A DNA stretch of 64,000 bases from Mizuhopecten yessoensis (taxonomy: Eukaryota). The stretch covers positions 1 through 64,000 of the forward strand of contig NW_018405148.1 of NCBI RefSeq assembly GCF_002113885.1, in the 5' to 3' direction. A program made the position numbers and the translations under genes. How positions within the stretch are numbered: position 1 is the first letter of the stretch; each line of letters opens with the position of its first letter. Below are positions 11,645 to 23,438 of the stretch, piece by piece. The notes beneath the pieces were generated by a model that ran no database searches, was not told the origin of the DNA, and was given only the letters and a program-made list of their open reading frames with translations.

Positions 11645-14600
11645 CTGTAAAGTGAAACAGAACACATAGAAAACAATAAATCATACACATCACACAAGCA
11701 TCAAGTCTATTTGAAAATCTAGTAACAGAAAGTGGAAGAAACACCGAAGTACAAAGGGAGGTATAATGGACCCTGGTGCTCCAGAACAGTAAGCGTTTCC
11801 TACACACACATTGATACCTTTCATGATTTCTCCTGTTAAGTCCTAGAAAATATATAGGTGATGAATATGTGCATATTAAATTGGTTAACACTTTCAATTA
11901 TACCACATTCATTAGTGACCAGCGTGAAATTGATTACCTTTTCAATATTGGGCTTGCCCAATATTGGGCTAGTTTGACATTCATATGATAGTAACATAAT
12001 AGGTCTTGTACCGCTTTTTCACACCTATACCACAACTGGTCATTTCTAAAGATACGTACAAGAAACACGGCAACAACGATAGTCCAGACTAAAGATGTCC
12101 AAGGTATCGACATGCAAAACGGCATAAACGATACCCTAGGCTAAAGATGCTAACTGGGCATCTTTTCGACTTTCAGTATAGAATCGTCAATCTTTTCGTT
12201 TTCAACATGCCAGTGGATACTGTTATATGTCTTGTGCAGCTTTTTCACACCTATACCACAACAGGGCATCTTCTAAGGTATCGGCATGCAAAACGGCATC
12301 AACGATTCCTCAGGCTAAAGATTTCCACTTGGCACTTTTTCTAATTTTGGTCTTAATTTTTATTTCCAATCAGCAAGGGCACATAGTTAGCCCTCTTTCG
12401 CAGCATTTTGAGAAATATTATGTAGCCTTCTATGACATTATGAGAGAAAAATATGAAGTGTGTCCTGGGAAATTGTGATAATATTCAAAACTGAAGTCCA
12501 CAATTGCAATATTATGACATATTAGAATAAAGATAATAATTTTTCATGCAATTATCAACTGAAGACATGAACCATTTTTGAATCACAGATTGAAGGATAC
12601 AAAATTAGATACACATTAAACATTACACAATTCAATTCATGGGGTATTCAATTTCAAATAAATTTTATTTGCACAATCGACATCATCAAAATCATCACAT
12701 AATTCAGAGTTTGATGAGATGATTCATTTGTAGTTACATTCAGTAGGGTGATTTGTACTAGATTTACAGACTGGCTTGAAAATTAACTAAGCCTATTTTA
12801 GTAGCGGTCTGTAACACCTTTGTTATTCATAGGTCGAGGAATGTAACATTTTTCTATTAATAGAACAAGGTCTGTAAGAAATATACAGACTCGTCACATG
12901 ACGTCGCTCATCAAATCAGGGCTCGGAATTAGTACCAGTTATTTGATAATAAACATACACTGTGAGCCTAATACCACGATGTAATCAGTTACAGAGCTTT
13001 GTCGGAAAGTTTGAGATTTCGTAGTAAGTTAATCCCTGAATGTAGTTTCATGCAAGCATAATATTCCTCCCAATTAGGTTGTGAACTATTCAAAATAAAA
13101 ATGCGGTATACTATATCAAAATTTGAATGGGAAGATAAAATTACAATCCAAAACAAATGTATTATTCTTGCATATTTGATCTTTTATTTCCCAAAGCTAC
13201 ATTTGCCAACTCTCGGATACAGTTGTAGCCAACTCGCGCAAGAATACGCAAACCGATAATGAAATTTCTGCTTCGTATTTTCTATTGAAAGTTTTGCTAC
13301 TTGTAAATTCAAAACGTAATAGATAACGTAAATATAATTTCCGTTTTATTCGTAATATATCAATGCAAAATAAGAGAACTTTTCTTTATGCGATAATTGG
13401 AAGACGCGATAGATGTTGGTGATGCAGTCATCGATTCCCCTAATAAGCATTTGATTGATAGGTAATAACGATTGACCGTTTACACGAATATTTCATTTTG
13501 ATGTCTTGAAGGGTCTGGAAGAGAAAATTAGAACCCTATAACGGGATCTGTACAGATGTACGTGTATATGTTGAAACTGCCATTCATTGGAGTTCTAGTT
13601 CCGGGCGACAAAAAATAAAGTGCAACATATTGCTAGTAATTCTAAAATCGCTTCGTGTGCATGCGTTAACAATTAAGATGTTCGGGTGGTCGCTACACGT
13701 TGATGATTAATAAAAACGCGCACCTAGAGAACTGAGTTTAAAAAATACCGTATTAATTTGATAACATCAATAGTAAAGGCACGATAATTTACTAACAAAG
13801 TGTGAATTGTTTAAGTCCTTATTAACATATCTTGCACATATAGTTTCACAGTAGGGTATAGCGACAGACCCCGAAAAAGTTAAAGATTGGCCAGAGCCAA
13901 AGAACGTAAAGGAATTACGTCAGTTTCTGGGTTTCAGTGGCTATTACAGGCGTTTCCTAAAAAGATAACGCAACAAAAGTACAGCCTCTTAACCAATTAT
14001 TATAGGGCCATGACTCAAAAGCCTAAGTCTAAGTCAAAGCCTAAAGCAAAAGCCCAGAGGGTTTGCGGTACACCCCAACAGGAAGCTTTAGATTTGGTTA
14101 AACAGAAACTGATTCAAACTCCTGTTCTTTCCTATGCAGACTTCTCTAAGGACATCCGTGTACACACTGATGCAAGTGGTTCAGGCTTGGGTGCAGTTTT
14201 ATACCAAGTGCATGCTTGAAAGGAGAAGGTTATTGCATATGCCAGTCGAGATTTGAGAGCCAGTGAACGGAATTATCCTGCACATAAGTTGGAATTTCTT
14301 GCATTGAAATGTGAGGTTACAGGGAAACTTCATGATTACCTCTATGGTAATACATTTGAGGTTGTCGCAGATAATAACGCCCATACTTACATGTATGTAG
14401 TTTTACATAAGTTTGTCGTTTTACATTAATATTCATGATTTCTTGTTATCACTTGCAAATGTGATAATATAGATTTCATTTTTTTTTTTTTTTTCATCTC
14501 ATTCAGAGTCTATATAATCATAATTATATTATACATGGTCATCAGAGCTATATCCTTCATTGTAAAAGTATTTTTGTCAAGGGTAGGTAACTGTTTATTT

Positions 14601-17600
14601 GAGCATCGTTTAATTAGTTCCTTCTGCAAAGATGGTTCTGATCTATTCATGTGCTTTGTTCAAGTTGTTTGGTATTATGAGTCTTAAATATTATAAAGTC
14701 AATCATATAACCATTAATACAAAGAACAGTATTGTTTCTAGAGCAATATTCTCTAATTATAACCCTTTATGAATGTACATATTCTGGGAAATAACTGTAT
14801 GAGAAATGCCAGGAGACATTCAACAAAGTGGGGGAGCATGTAGCCAGGTAAATACAACATTCAAAACATCGCGCGTAATAACAGTGTAAAGGAATGTATG
14901 TATGTGCACGTGCAGCACGGACCACCCATCCATATCCCAGTCACCGCCGTCTCCCTACTTCACTCTGACTTAACCTCTGGATGGGTACACTCGGAACCCT
15001 CGAGAGTATAATCCAGTCACTTTATCCTTACTCTGGATGTTCCTGGTAAGTATATATATCCATTAACTCATAGGCTGAGCGATGTTTGTGTGATTATGTA
15101 TGTTTATTTATAATATAGGTTTATTTGTCCACGATAATTAGGAAATAAGAGAAAGTGGGGAGTTGTATCAAATGACGAGCGGAATTTGTGCGGAAATCAC
15201 TAGGCTACTTACATCATTTATCATTTATCAATCGTTCAATCATTTCATCATATTTCTTTTGATTGTGAAAGAACACATACGCTGTAAAATGAATTCTGCA
15301 ATTGTTATTGTCTCTGCAATTTCGATTCTGCAAAGTATCAGGCATGTACGTGAGCAAGTCTACAGAAGTTGACCGCGTATAATGGGATTCAAAGAGTACG
15401 AAATGACGTGAGAGAAACAATAGATAAATATAGCAGCCAATCGGCGTTGTTGTATACGAAGGTAGTTCTTAATTGTTAGGAAATAGTTCCGTTACTATGA
15501 ATATAACTAAACTAAAATATGATGAATGAAAGCTGACATTCAATTTATATTGGTTCGGTTTACCCTGCGGACAAAATGCTGTTCCTTGCTGCAGTTAAAA
15601 TGTAGAATACCCATGCTTTTAAGATAATAAGTGCGTAGAAGTGTACGTGGTATTACGAAGACATTTTAGACTTGCTTAAGTAAACAAAAATACAAAATAA
15701 GGATAAGAAGGTGTTATACAAAACTTGTCAGCAAGATTAACAAATGTGTCATTTGACATCGTTGTGGACACAAATTATGTTCAACAAAACGAAAAAGTAA
15801 CGTTTCTATACTGAAATTCGAAAAGATGCCCAGTGGGCATTCTTATAGTCTTGAGGATCGTTGATGTTGTTTTGTAATGTTTTGATTCTATACTGAAATA
15901 ACAAAGTGGGCATCGTTAGCCTGGGGTATCGTTGATGTCGTTTGGCATGTGAATACCTTTGAAAATGCCCAGTTGTGGTATATGTGTGAAAAAGCGGCGC
16001 AAGACATATTATGTTAGTAACATTTGCTTTTAAGTTATCTTATAGTTCAATATCTCTCATCTTGTGATATATAGTGAGTTCCGGTTTATATGAACGTGCT
16101 GCTCATCTATCATACAATGAGGTATCTCCCATTCCGTGATTTATATTAGTGCTAAAATGTATCATACGTTAGATACATCGTCATCAATAGACATGATTAC
16201 ATGCAGGAGTATTACTCACGCGAAACGTTTCTGGTAGATGCGGTAAGAGTCATTTTGTAGCCATCACTCTCGTCAGTAACCTTGAACATGGAGTACTCAG
16301 CGAATCCTTTCTTGTACGGGAATCCTTCTAATTCTATTCTTAGAACGCTGGCAGTCTGTGTCAGGGTATGTATGATGTCATTACCTATCAACACAAACAC
16401 AGCAGAGAATGAATTACTGCACGCCAGTCCTATCTATCTGAGTTGTTTGGTATATCAATCTGTACATCAGATAAAAAGAGTGGTATATAATCAATGTGAA
16501 ATTTAGGCCTTTTGCGACCGATACAATAAATATGATGCTTTGCATATTTGTAAAACGTAATGTACAAGCATAGCTTACCTATCCAAAATTCGCCGTTCAG
16601 ATCTCCAAAACCTTTCTTGTACTCGTCCCATTCTCTATAGAAATACTCACTGCCATCATACCGATTCTGAATTACCTACAAGAACGGGATATAATAATCT
16701 TTTTTATTATTATCCCTTCTTAATTTTAAGTGCATTTTCCGGTGAAATAGCTAGAACAAAATATTTCATAGCGTCATCACATCAGGACAAAAGTAAAGAT
16801 ATCACGAAAACAGGTTCTAAACCATGATCTCAATGGATGGGAAGTTATGATAGTATTTGTGTTTAATAGGTAGCAATATGTGAGGCACACTATCTATCCA
16901 GGCCCAATATATTATGTAAACCTTACACAGATTGGTTTTTATAATTATGCCTTATTTACATTAATCAGAGAGGAAGAATTTGTAGTATACTCAAAATATA
17001 TCTGTTTTATGTTTGGTTTTAATTTATTGCCCGTAGGTAAATCTCTGTAATCATTTTATACAGACAACTATTCCACACTAACATGTATCGCACAAAGCCG
17101 TACAATGTATTCAACTTTCCCGAAGTTTGGTTTAATTTTGTTTAATGTCCTATTAACAGTTAAGGTCATTTAAGGACGTTTTCTCGAAGTCCAAAATGAT
17201 CGGTTTTTGGTCCATCACGTATATTTCAAACAAACCAAAAGAAATGATCAAAACAGAAAATAACTTAATAACAAAACTTTACAGAAATAAGAAATTCGAT
17301 TTCTTACTGTCCATGGCCCGTCGACAGCTCTCATGTCACAGTACACTTTGAAGCTCTCACCAGACGTAAGGGTGAGTTGGTACACTCCAGAAGGCGAATC
17401 CGATCCAAGATCTGAACAGGATCTCAGAACTAAAAAAAAAAGATATAAGATAATAACCAAAGATTTTTATCAAACTTCCAAAAGGTACGGTGTCCTTTTA
17501 TGAAATGGTAAGGCAAAGCTATTGTCTGCAGTGTAAAACAGTTTCCGGTCCACAGTTACTATTTGATGCAGTAGCATGATGAGCCTGAACTGTGTTTACC

Positions 17601-20600
17601 ATCGGTGATATCGATGCGCTTCATTTGATATATTTTTAAATCGATGATGTTTTTACGTATACTTAGTTAACCTTTATCTTTTGTATTACAATACTATCCT
17701 TTGTTTCTGTATTGACATCCGTAATCAATATAATTGAATATGGATTATTTATCTACTGCATTGCTGTCATTTTAATAGTTTCTCAATTGTCATTCGTACT
17801 AAACATCACTAATTTTAATATTGTGATGAAAACCTACCGAGCTAGCTGAGTTTTTGTAAACCACCGTATTCCCGTGCATTCGCGATGTAATTTCCACGCT
17901 TAAGTAGAGCTGGCCTTGACCTCACCTTGGTCAAAACACATTGAACACATATAGGTGATGCAGACAATCTCTGGGTGATTGACAGGTAGGGCGGGGCATA
18001 TGGGTACATTCAGTCAGAAGCGAGACGGGGATAGAAGCTTTCCTCGATAGTTGTAAGTATACTAGAGAGCGAGCTTTCAATGCTGGTGTATGTCTGGATA
18101 AGACTGGTACACCTGTACTTATTACGATCGCTCTATCGAAGGTATCATACATTACAAGTTCTACAGATTGTACAGTAAATATGCAAGTGGTGTTGTCTGA
18201 GCTATCAGTAGATAGAGTGCAGGTAGTGTGGGCGAGACCTGTGTGTGTGTTGTTGTGAGAGGTCAGCGCGCGTAGGGACCATAGGGACAACGTCACAATA
18301 TGGTTGTCTAAGTTGTTGCTATCGTTTCCATGGTTGCTCCTACGAAAACGACTTTCTGACACCCGGTTTAAGTTAAAATAAGTTATCTCTGTACTTCAAC
18401 TCCTTTTTTCAGCTGTTGGAAAAAAACTTTCGAAAAAACTCTTTTCCCAAAAAATGTCATAATAATTTGAATGTATTAACCTCCAGAACGTAGCAGCGCA
18501 AATTTAATAGGACAATAGATATATGAAACTGGGACTCGTATTGTATTTAAGATTTAGTTCCCACCGTCATTTAAGCATTGAAACAAGTACATATCATTGA
18601 ACTATCAATAACTTTTTCGAGATTATTGTCGGATGCTGTAGAAATTTCGCGCACGATAAATCCTCGTAAAATGCTTTTGCATTCTGATATGGTGAACACT
18701 ATTCTATTATACGTTCGTACTGGAGCTAAGTTGTGACATAAGTTATTGACAGGCCCACGTGTGACATGACAACGAATTAATAGTATATATTTCATTGCTA
18801 GTCTTTCAAATCCTTTCCCTTTCCTCTCGTCATCAACATTTCGATGATATCTCGTCCTCTTGGCTGATTAAAACAAGATTCTTTATTTGTGTCTTGATTG
18901 ACAAAAAATAGTTTTTTTTTATTACATGTAATTACTTATACTTCATTTGCAATTCTTGTCAAATTTTGTTTTAATTTTAATTCTTTCATCATCAACCTTG
19001 AACTACAATACGTTGTGACATCGCTATCCTTTCTTTTGTGTATCATTTAAAAGTATATTCCAATACGCTATTCAATTGTGATGATTTCTTTTGTATTTAC
19101 TCTGACATAGAATTACTTATAGTCTATACACTTATTTTCGTCACCTCTCCAAAGCCTCTCACACTAAATTACATTTATTAATTCCATTGCTATCCAATGA
19201 TGTCTTACTTCACAACATATATCAATCATTGATATGGTACATTGTTTTCGTTTGCAGTGTGTCATTCTCTACTTTATTAACACCAGATTACATCCACAGA
19301 CTAACATGACGGTCATGTATAACTTGATATTAGATTAATATGACTCACATGCATGCTAACCTTAATGTGGGTTTGTTTGCCTACTCTAAATTACCTTCAC
19401 CTACGCAATTGCTATCATTCTTATTGTGTCTAATTTGAATATATTCACTGAATATATCTCTAAAAATGCAAAGTAAGGAGGTATCCGTTTATGATTTAAT
19501 TTTCGACGCAAAAGGCAAAACAAATTAATATTTAATTGCAATGGTCAGTGCGTCCATTTGGGTATTATCAGTGACAGCGAACGTAGCAAGATATCAAGCT
19601 GCATCCTTTAGTTATGATATTTTACACCCATCCGTTTCCAAATACAGAGAATACATGTAGCAACATGGGGCATGCTATAGAAAAACTAAAGTAATACTCA
19701 CATCACTGTACATTTGAAAACTCTTTGCTACGTCTAAGATGCTAATTTGTGGCTATTCTGGCATTGATGCAAATCTGTAAAACTATCTTAAAGTTTTTCT
19801 TAGCATGCTTATAACCATGACTAATTTATGACTGTAAAATCATATCAACCGCTAAAGACTGTAATGCTGTCGTTCCATATTTGTTGTGACTTAATCGATT
19901 TAGCCACCTATTTATCACTAATAAACATTGACGATGTGGACAACGAAATGTTTATTGTCTTACGTGCTCCGGAAACATCTTGACCTAATGGATTTAACCA
20001 TTCCTTTTGTGCAATGTTTACTATCTACGAAAACCCTTATTGGATATGACGACAGGATCAATATTAACACAGATGTAATACTTATGGTCTTACTTGACAT
20101 TAATTATATCATTGCTATTATGCTGATAGAGTCCCATCTTATCCTCGAACGTCTTTATTCTTTTGCCATTAATTACCGCTGATGGCTTAATTGCCCTCTT
20201 TCTCTCCTTTCCGTGATGTCTTACTACCAAACCGTCGTTAATATCTCATTACAAGACCTTAATCTACTTCATTGTTACCTTCCAAAAGTAAATTATTTGT
20301 CAACATTTGACATGAAACATACTTCGGCAGCGAACTCCCCTTCCAAGAAAATACAGCATAAATAAAATAAAATAATGCAAACAAAAACAAAATGTGAGTC
20401 AAGCAGCTGATAGTTTCTAACGTTATATCTTAGTATCAAATTTACTAAATAAATATAAAAAGTGTACTTACGTTCTGAAAAGTAAGCCGTAGACGTCAAC
20501 CCAATACCAGTCTCCACCAGGAATATGCTTGAGTACGTATCACACTTTTTTTCAGCGTCGGTGTACGCAAAAGACAAACATATATTTTCCTTGCAGAACA

Positions 20601-20769
20601 TGGCGCATTCCCCAAGATTTTCAACTCCAGTTTTGGAATTTGTTTTCGATTCAATGTACTTCTCTATAGCTACACTCATTTTCCTTTTGTAGCTTTTTAT
20701 GTTTGTGGCATCGGAAATCCTTAATATGTTCATGGAAAAAAATAGTAATAATATTAGGTTAATTTCCAT
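11391..20769 (-). CDS. Secreted PAN/apple-like + fibrinogen-related-domain (FReD) protein, 5 exons, 311 aa: join(20769-20472, 17429-17308, 16675-16579, 16384-16220, 11644-11391)
   Basis: All four introns are GT-AG with compatible phases (1,0,1,1). Exon lengths 298+122+97+165+254 = 936 nt, open to TAG. Hydrophobic N-terminus, CAMFC..CLSFAY..C (PAN core), then FReD motifs RSC, SGVY, VYCDM..GPWTVIQNR.DGS, W..YK.GFG...GEFWIGN, LRIELE, AEYS.F.V..E...Y, GWWY..CH..NLNG and MMIRP. Confidence 0.9.
11991..16017. mobile_element. Putative foldback-like non-autonomous DNA element whose inverted arms are built from ~170-bp subrepeats, in FReD intron 4
   Basis: Left end TA|GTAACATAATAGGTCTTGTACCGCTTTTTCACAC and right end GTGTGAAAAAGCGGCGCAAGACATATTATGTTAG|TA are inverted near-copies flanked by TA. 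The arms (~11991-12340 and ~15800-16017) are oppositely oriented arrays of the same unit. Confidence 0.6.
13850..15135 (+). mobile_element. Ty3/Gypsy LTR retrotransposon fragment (end of RT, RNase H, PPT, start of 3' LTR)
   Basis: Across frameshifts: [93 protein letters not shown]. Purine tract AAAGTGGGGGAG is followed by TGTAG at 14839. Absent from the paralogous site (~38242-38318). Confidence 0.88.
16220..16384 (-). CDS. FReD gene exon 4
   Basis: ttgatag|GT AAT GAC...TCG C|gtgagt; [45 protein letters not shown]. Confidence 0.92.
16579..16675 (-). CDS. FReD gene exon 3 (not in the ORF track)
   Basis: tgtag|GTA ATT CAG...TGG ATA G|gtaagc; [32 protein letters not shown]. Confidence 0.93.
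17308..17429 (-). CDS. FReD gene exon 2
   Basis: Poly-T-ag|TT CTG AGA TCC TGT...TGG ACA|gtaaga; [40 protein letters not shown]. Confidence 0.92.
20472..20769 (-). CDS. FReD gene exon 1: signal peptide + PAN/apple-like module
   Basis: [21 protein letters not shown] is signal-like; [27 protein letters not shown]; donor GAA C|gtaagt is phase 1 and matches exon 2. Confidence 0.8.
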
Positions 20770-21903
20770 TTTTAAATATGTCTTTTGTATACATTTGATC
20801 AAAATATCACACTTTGGTTGCAGAAAAACAACTTGGTTGTTAAGGATTTTATTAATCCCCTTGACTGTGTATCTTAGACTTGCGTTTAGTCCGATGAAAT
20901 TTGCAATAACGGATGCTGGGTATTGGTGTTATCGGTAACTACCTCATTATTGATCCAGTCAACATTACGAATTAATTATTCAGTTGAAATCAGCAAAACG
21001 TATCTCTATAATAATACGAGGTTCTGGAAAGAACAGTGAACTCCTCCTCGTCGTCGCGCACATTGGCGATTTATATAGATTAATACAGATGGCTTGTATA
21101 TTGAAAATAAGGAAAAAAATACCTTATATAAAACTTTAGATACAGAAACAATATAAATATTATGAAATACATCTTCGGAAATCCTCTTCTTGCCAGAAAT
21201 GTTTGTTTCAATGGTACAACAACACAAATTCAAGGACATGAATCCCAGAGTACTGTATGATTACGTTGATCAACGAAATCTTCTTCGGGTCAGCGTTGCC
21301 AATATTGTTAGCCAATTCGGTCGTGGATTCCTTTCCACTTATACCTGAAAATCATACATGTACTTCATTACGGAATGACATTGTTATACATGTTGTTGTT
21401 TATTCTCTATCAATGTTTTAACTGTATATTAAGATCTGGAAAAGTATGATGAAAGGACGGCATTGAATGTAAATAATTACATCCTTCTTCTGTATCTTTT
21501 CAAAATATATCTAGCTTCCTTTGATTGTTTTGCTCCTCCTTGAGGAATCACTATTTCCAATTTAAGTGTTTTTGCCTTAAGAGCTGGCAGGGTTTTATAT
21601 TCGTCCACTTGGTTCTTCCATGTGTTTTCCGCCATATCTTTTGTTTTGATATCAGTTATACTTTCCTTTTTTTCTGATTTTAAAATCTATTTTGGTTTGG
21701 TCTGATATAACGTAACATTCAAAAATTATGTTTTTGAAACGAAGAATGAGACATTTTGTTCTTGTATGGAAAAATTATCCCCCCTAACGAAATTGGAATA
21801 TACATCATGTTTTTCCATGTTCAAGAGAAGGATGCTTATGAGGTATTCGTTTTACATATACTAGACTATATCTGCCCCAGATTCGTCGATTTTGATTTCA
21901 CAT

Positions 21904-22048
21904 ATATGGATTGAACGGCGTTTTTTTTAATTTTCATGCCAGTATGAACACAAAACGGTTACATCAATACTACATGTTTATTTTGGATGTAACCGATTTG
22001 CGTTCATACCGGCATTAAAAGTTAAAAAAAACGTCGTTCAATCAATAT
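21904..22048. mobile_element. Palindromic MITE-like hairpin (~60-bp arms, ~20-nt loop); paralog at ~60250-60390
   Basis: GATTGAACGGCGTTTTTTTTAA...CGGTTACATC pairs with GATGTAACCG...TTAAAAAAAACGTCGTTCAATC. Confidence 0.7.
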
Positions 22049-23379
22049 GTTTACATCTTTACTATAGAAAAATAGTTTAATTTAATTTAATTGTTTTTAA
22101 ATAAATGATTTATATACGGTGTGTTGTATATGCGTCGTCCTTTAAAACGACATTGGCGGAACAGCCATATTTAACAAAGATTGGCGCCAATAATTAATCG
22201 TAGTCATTTAAGCGTTTGACGCAGGGGTATTCTCCATGTTAATCGAAGCGAAGCGACAAGACTCTATTTGAACAAGGTTAATATATGACGTCATAAGTAA
22301 ACCACGTGTTATATCATGAGAGGTATTGCTTTCATACTCAATTGAAATGCATTTCTGCCTGTAATGTTCATATAGTGGGTTGCAGCGCATATCTAAATAT
22401 AACAATTTGTTACACATTGGTTTGTGTTTTTGTTTACATACATGACCTGAATGCAAACGGACATTCAGAAAAAATAGCAAAAAATAGCAAAACAATACTA
22501 CCGCATCATTATTCTACCTATTATCTTAGAAAAGTACACCAGTTGATCAAATATGCAGGGTAATTGAACTAATGTCACTTTGCTGTGCCATCTGAAGTAC
22601 TGGTGGTAGGCTTTGGGCAATGTGATGCAGTGCTTCATCATTATGTTAACCAAGTCAAGGCCGTCCTTCACATCTGACCATTTAGTTTGTTTCTTTACGA
22701 AAAACTCTTTAAATGATGATATGCATTTACACTATTGTGGTATATGTCCTTAAGTCAAATATCAATTTACATCTATTTACGTATTTGTTTATATAAAAAC
22801 ATGATACTGGACATGAATTTAACTGATTACGATCGCTCAAGAACGTATGCAATAATTTTCTTCTCCAGTAGTTAAGAACATTTTCTATTTTTGTTTTACT
22901 TGAATTTAGCAATAATTGATTTGTATACAATAGCGATTTCTACGCCTTATACATACTAATTTAATCAAATATAGAATATATATTTTGCTGTTCGTCACAG
23001 TGTTTGAAAGTAATTGAACATGGCGAGATTGGATAAAGCATGAGTAATGAAATGAATGCAGAATCGACAACGGCTTGTCTTCTCAAATATAGTAGTGAGA
23101 GTTTACATTGATTACATTTATATTTGCATAACCGTATTTCGTTACATGAATTTATTTGAAATATTAGCTAACAGTTTTGCATAATATTTTAACATATCGT
23201 CATTGACATAAATTACTATAAAAGGTGGATTGAGACACTAATGTATCAACCTAGATTAAAATACTAAAATCAACTTCAATCTAAACTTATTTTATTTTAC
23301 TATTAATAAAGTCGTTTGAACTAATATTAATTTATATGTTTGTTCAGATGTTAGCATTCAGGGGGTTTAAATGAGACAG

Positions 23380-23438
23380 GAAACTGACCGTCTTGGTGAA
23401 AGGCGAGTGTAGTATCAACTGCGTTACCAGACCACCCG
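23380..23438 (-). mobile_element. tRNA-derived SINE head fragment (paralog ~58920-58980, +)
   Basis: Minus strand reads GGTAACGCAGTTGATACTACACTCGCCTTTCACCAAGACGGTCAG, a decayed tRNA-like head with no complete cloverleaf. Confidence 0.5.

Larger units (their letters stand above)
10228..16017. repeat. Segmental duplication block A (inverted copy at ~37040-42092)
   Basis: Colinear reverse-complement match including FReD exon 5. Hand count: 24 mismatches in 256 intronic nt (11645-11900 vs 40401-40656). Confidence 0.95.

Noticed and set aside
11645-11897. N-terminal 84 aa of the 168-aa ORF, also open in the paralog (40410-40656)
   Set aside because: Intronic read-through upstream of a good acceptor; it starts at a non-ATG codon and has no FReD similarity.
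17822-18361. GC-richer segment bounded by TGT...ACA as a solo LTR in intron 1
   Set aside because: The flanks (AATAT vs CCCGG) give no target-site duplication and there is no second copy or PBS/PPT in the window. It may be a repeat but I cannot support the call.
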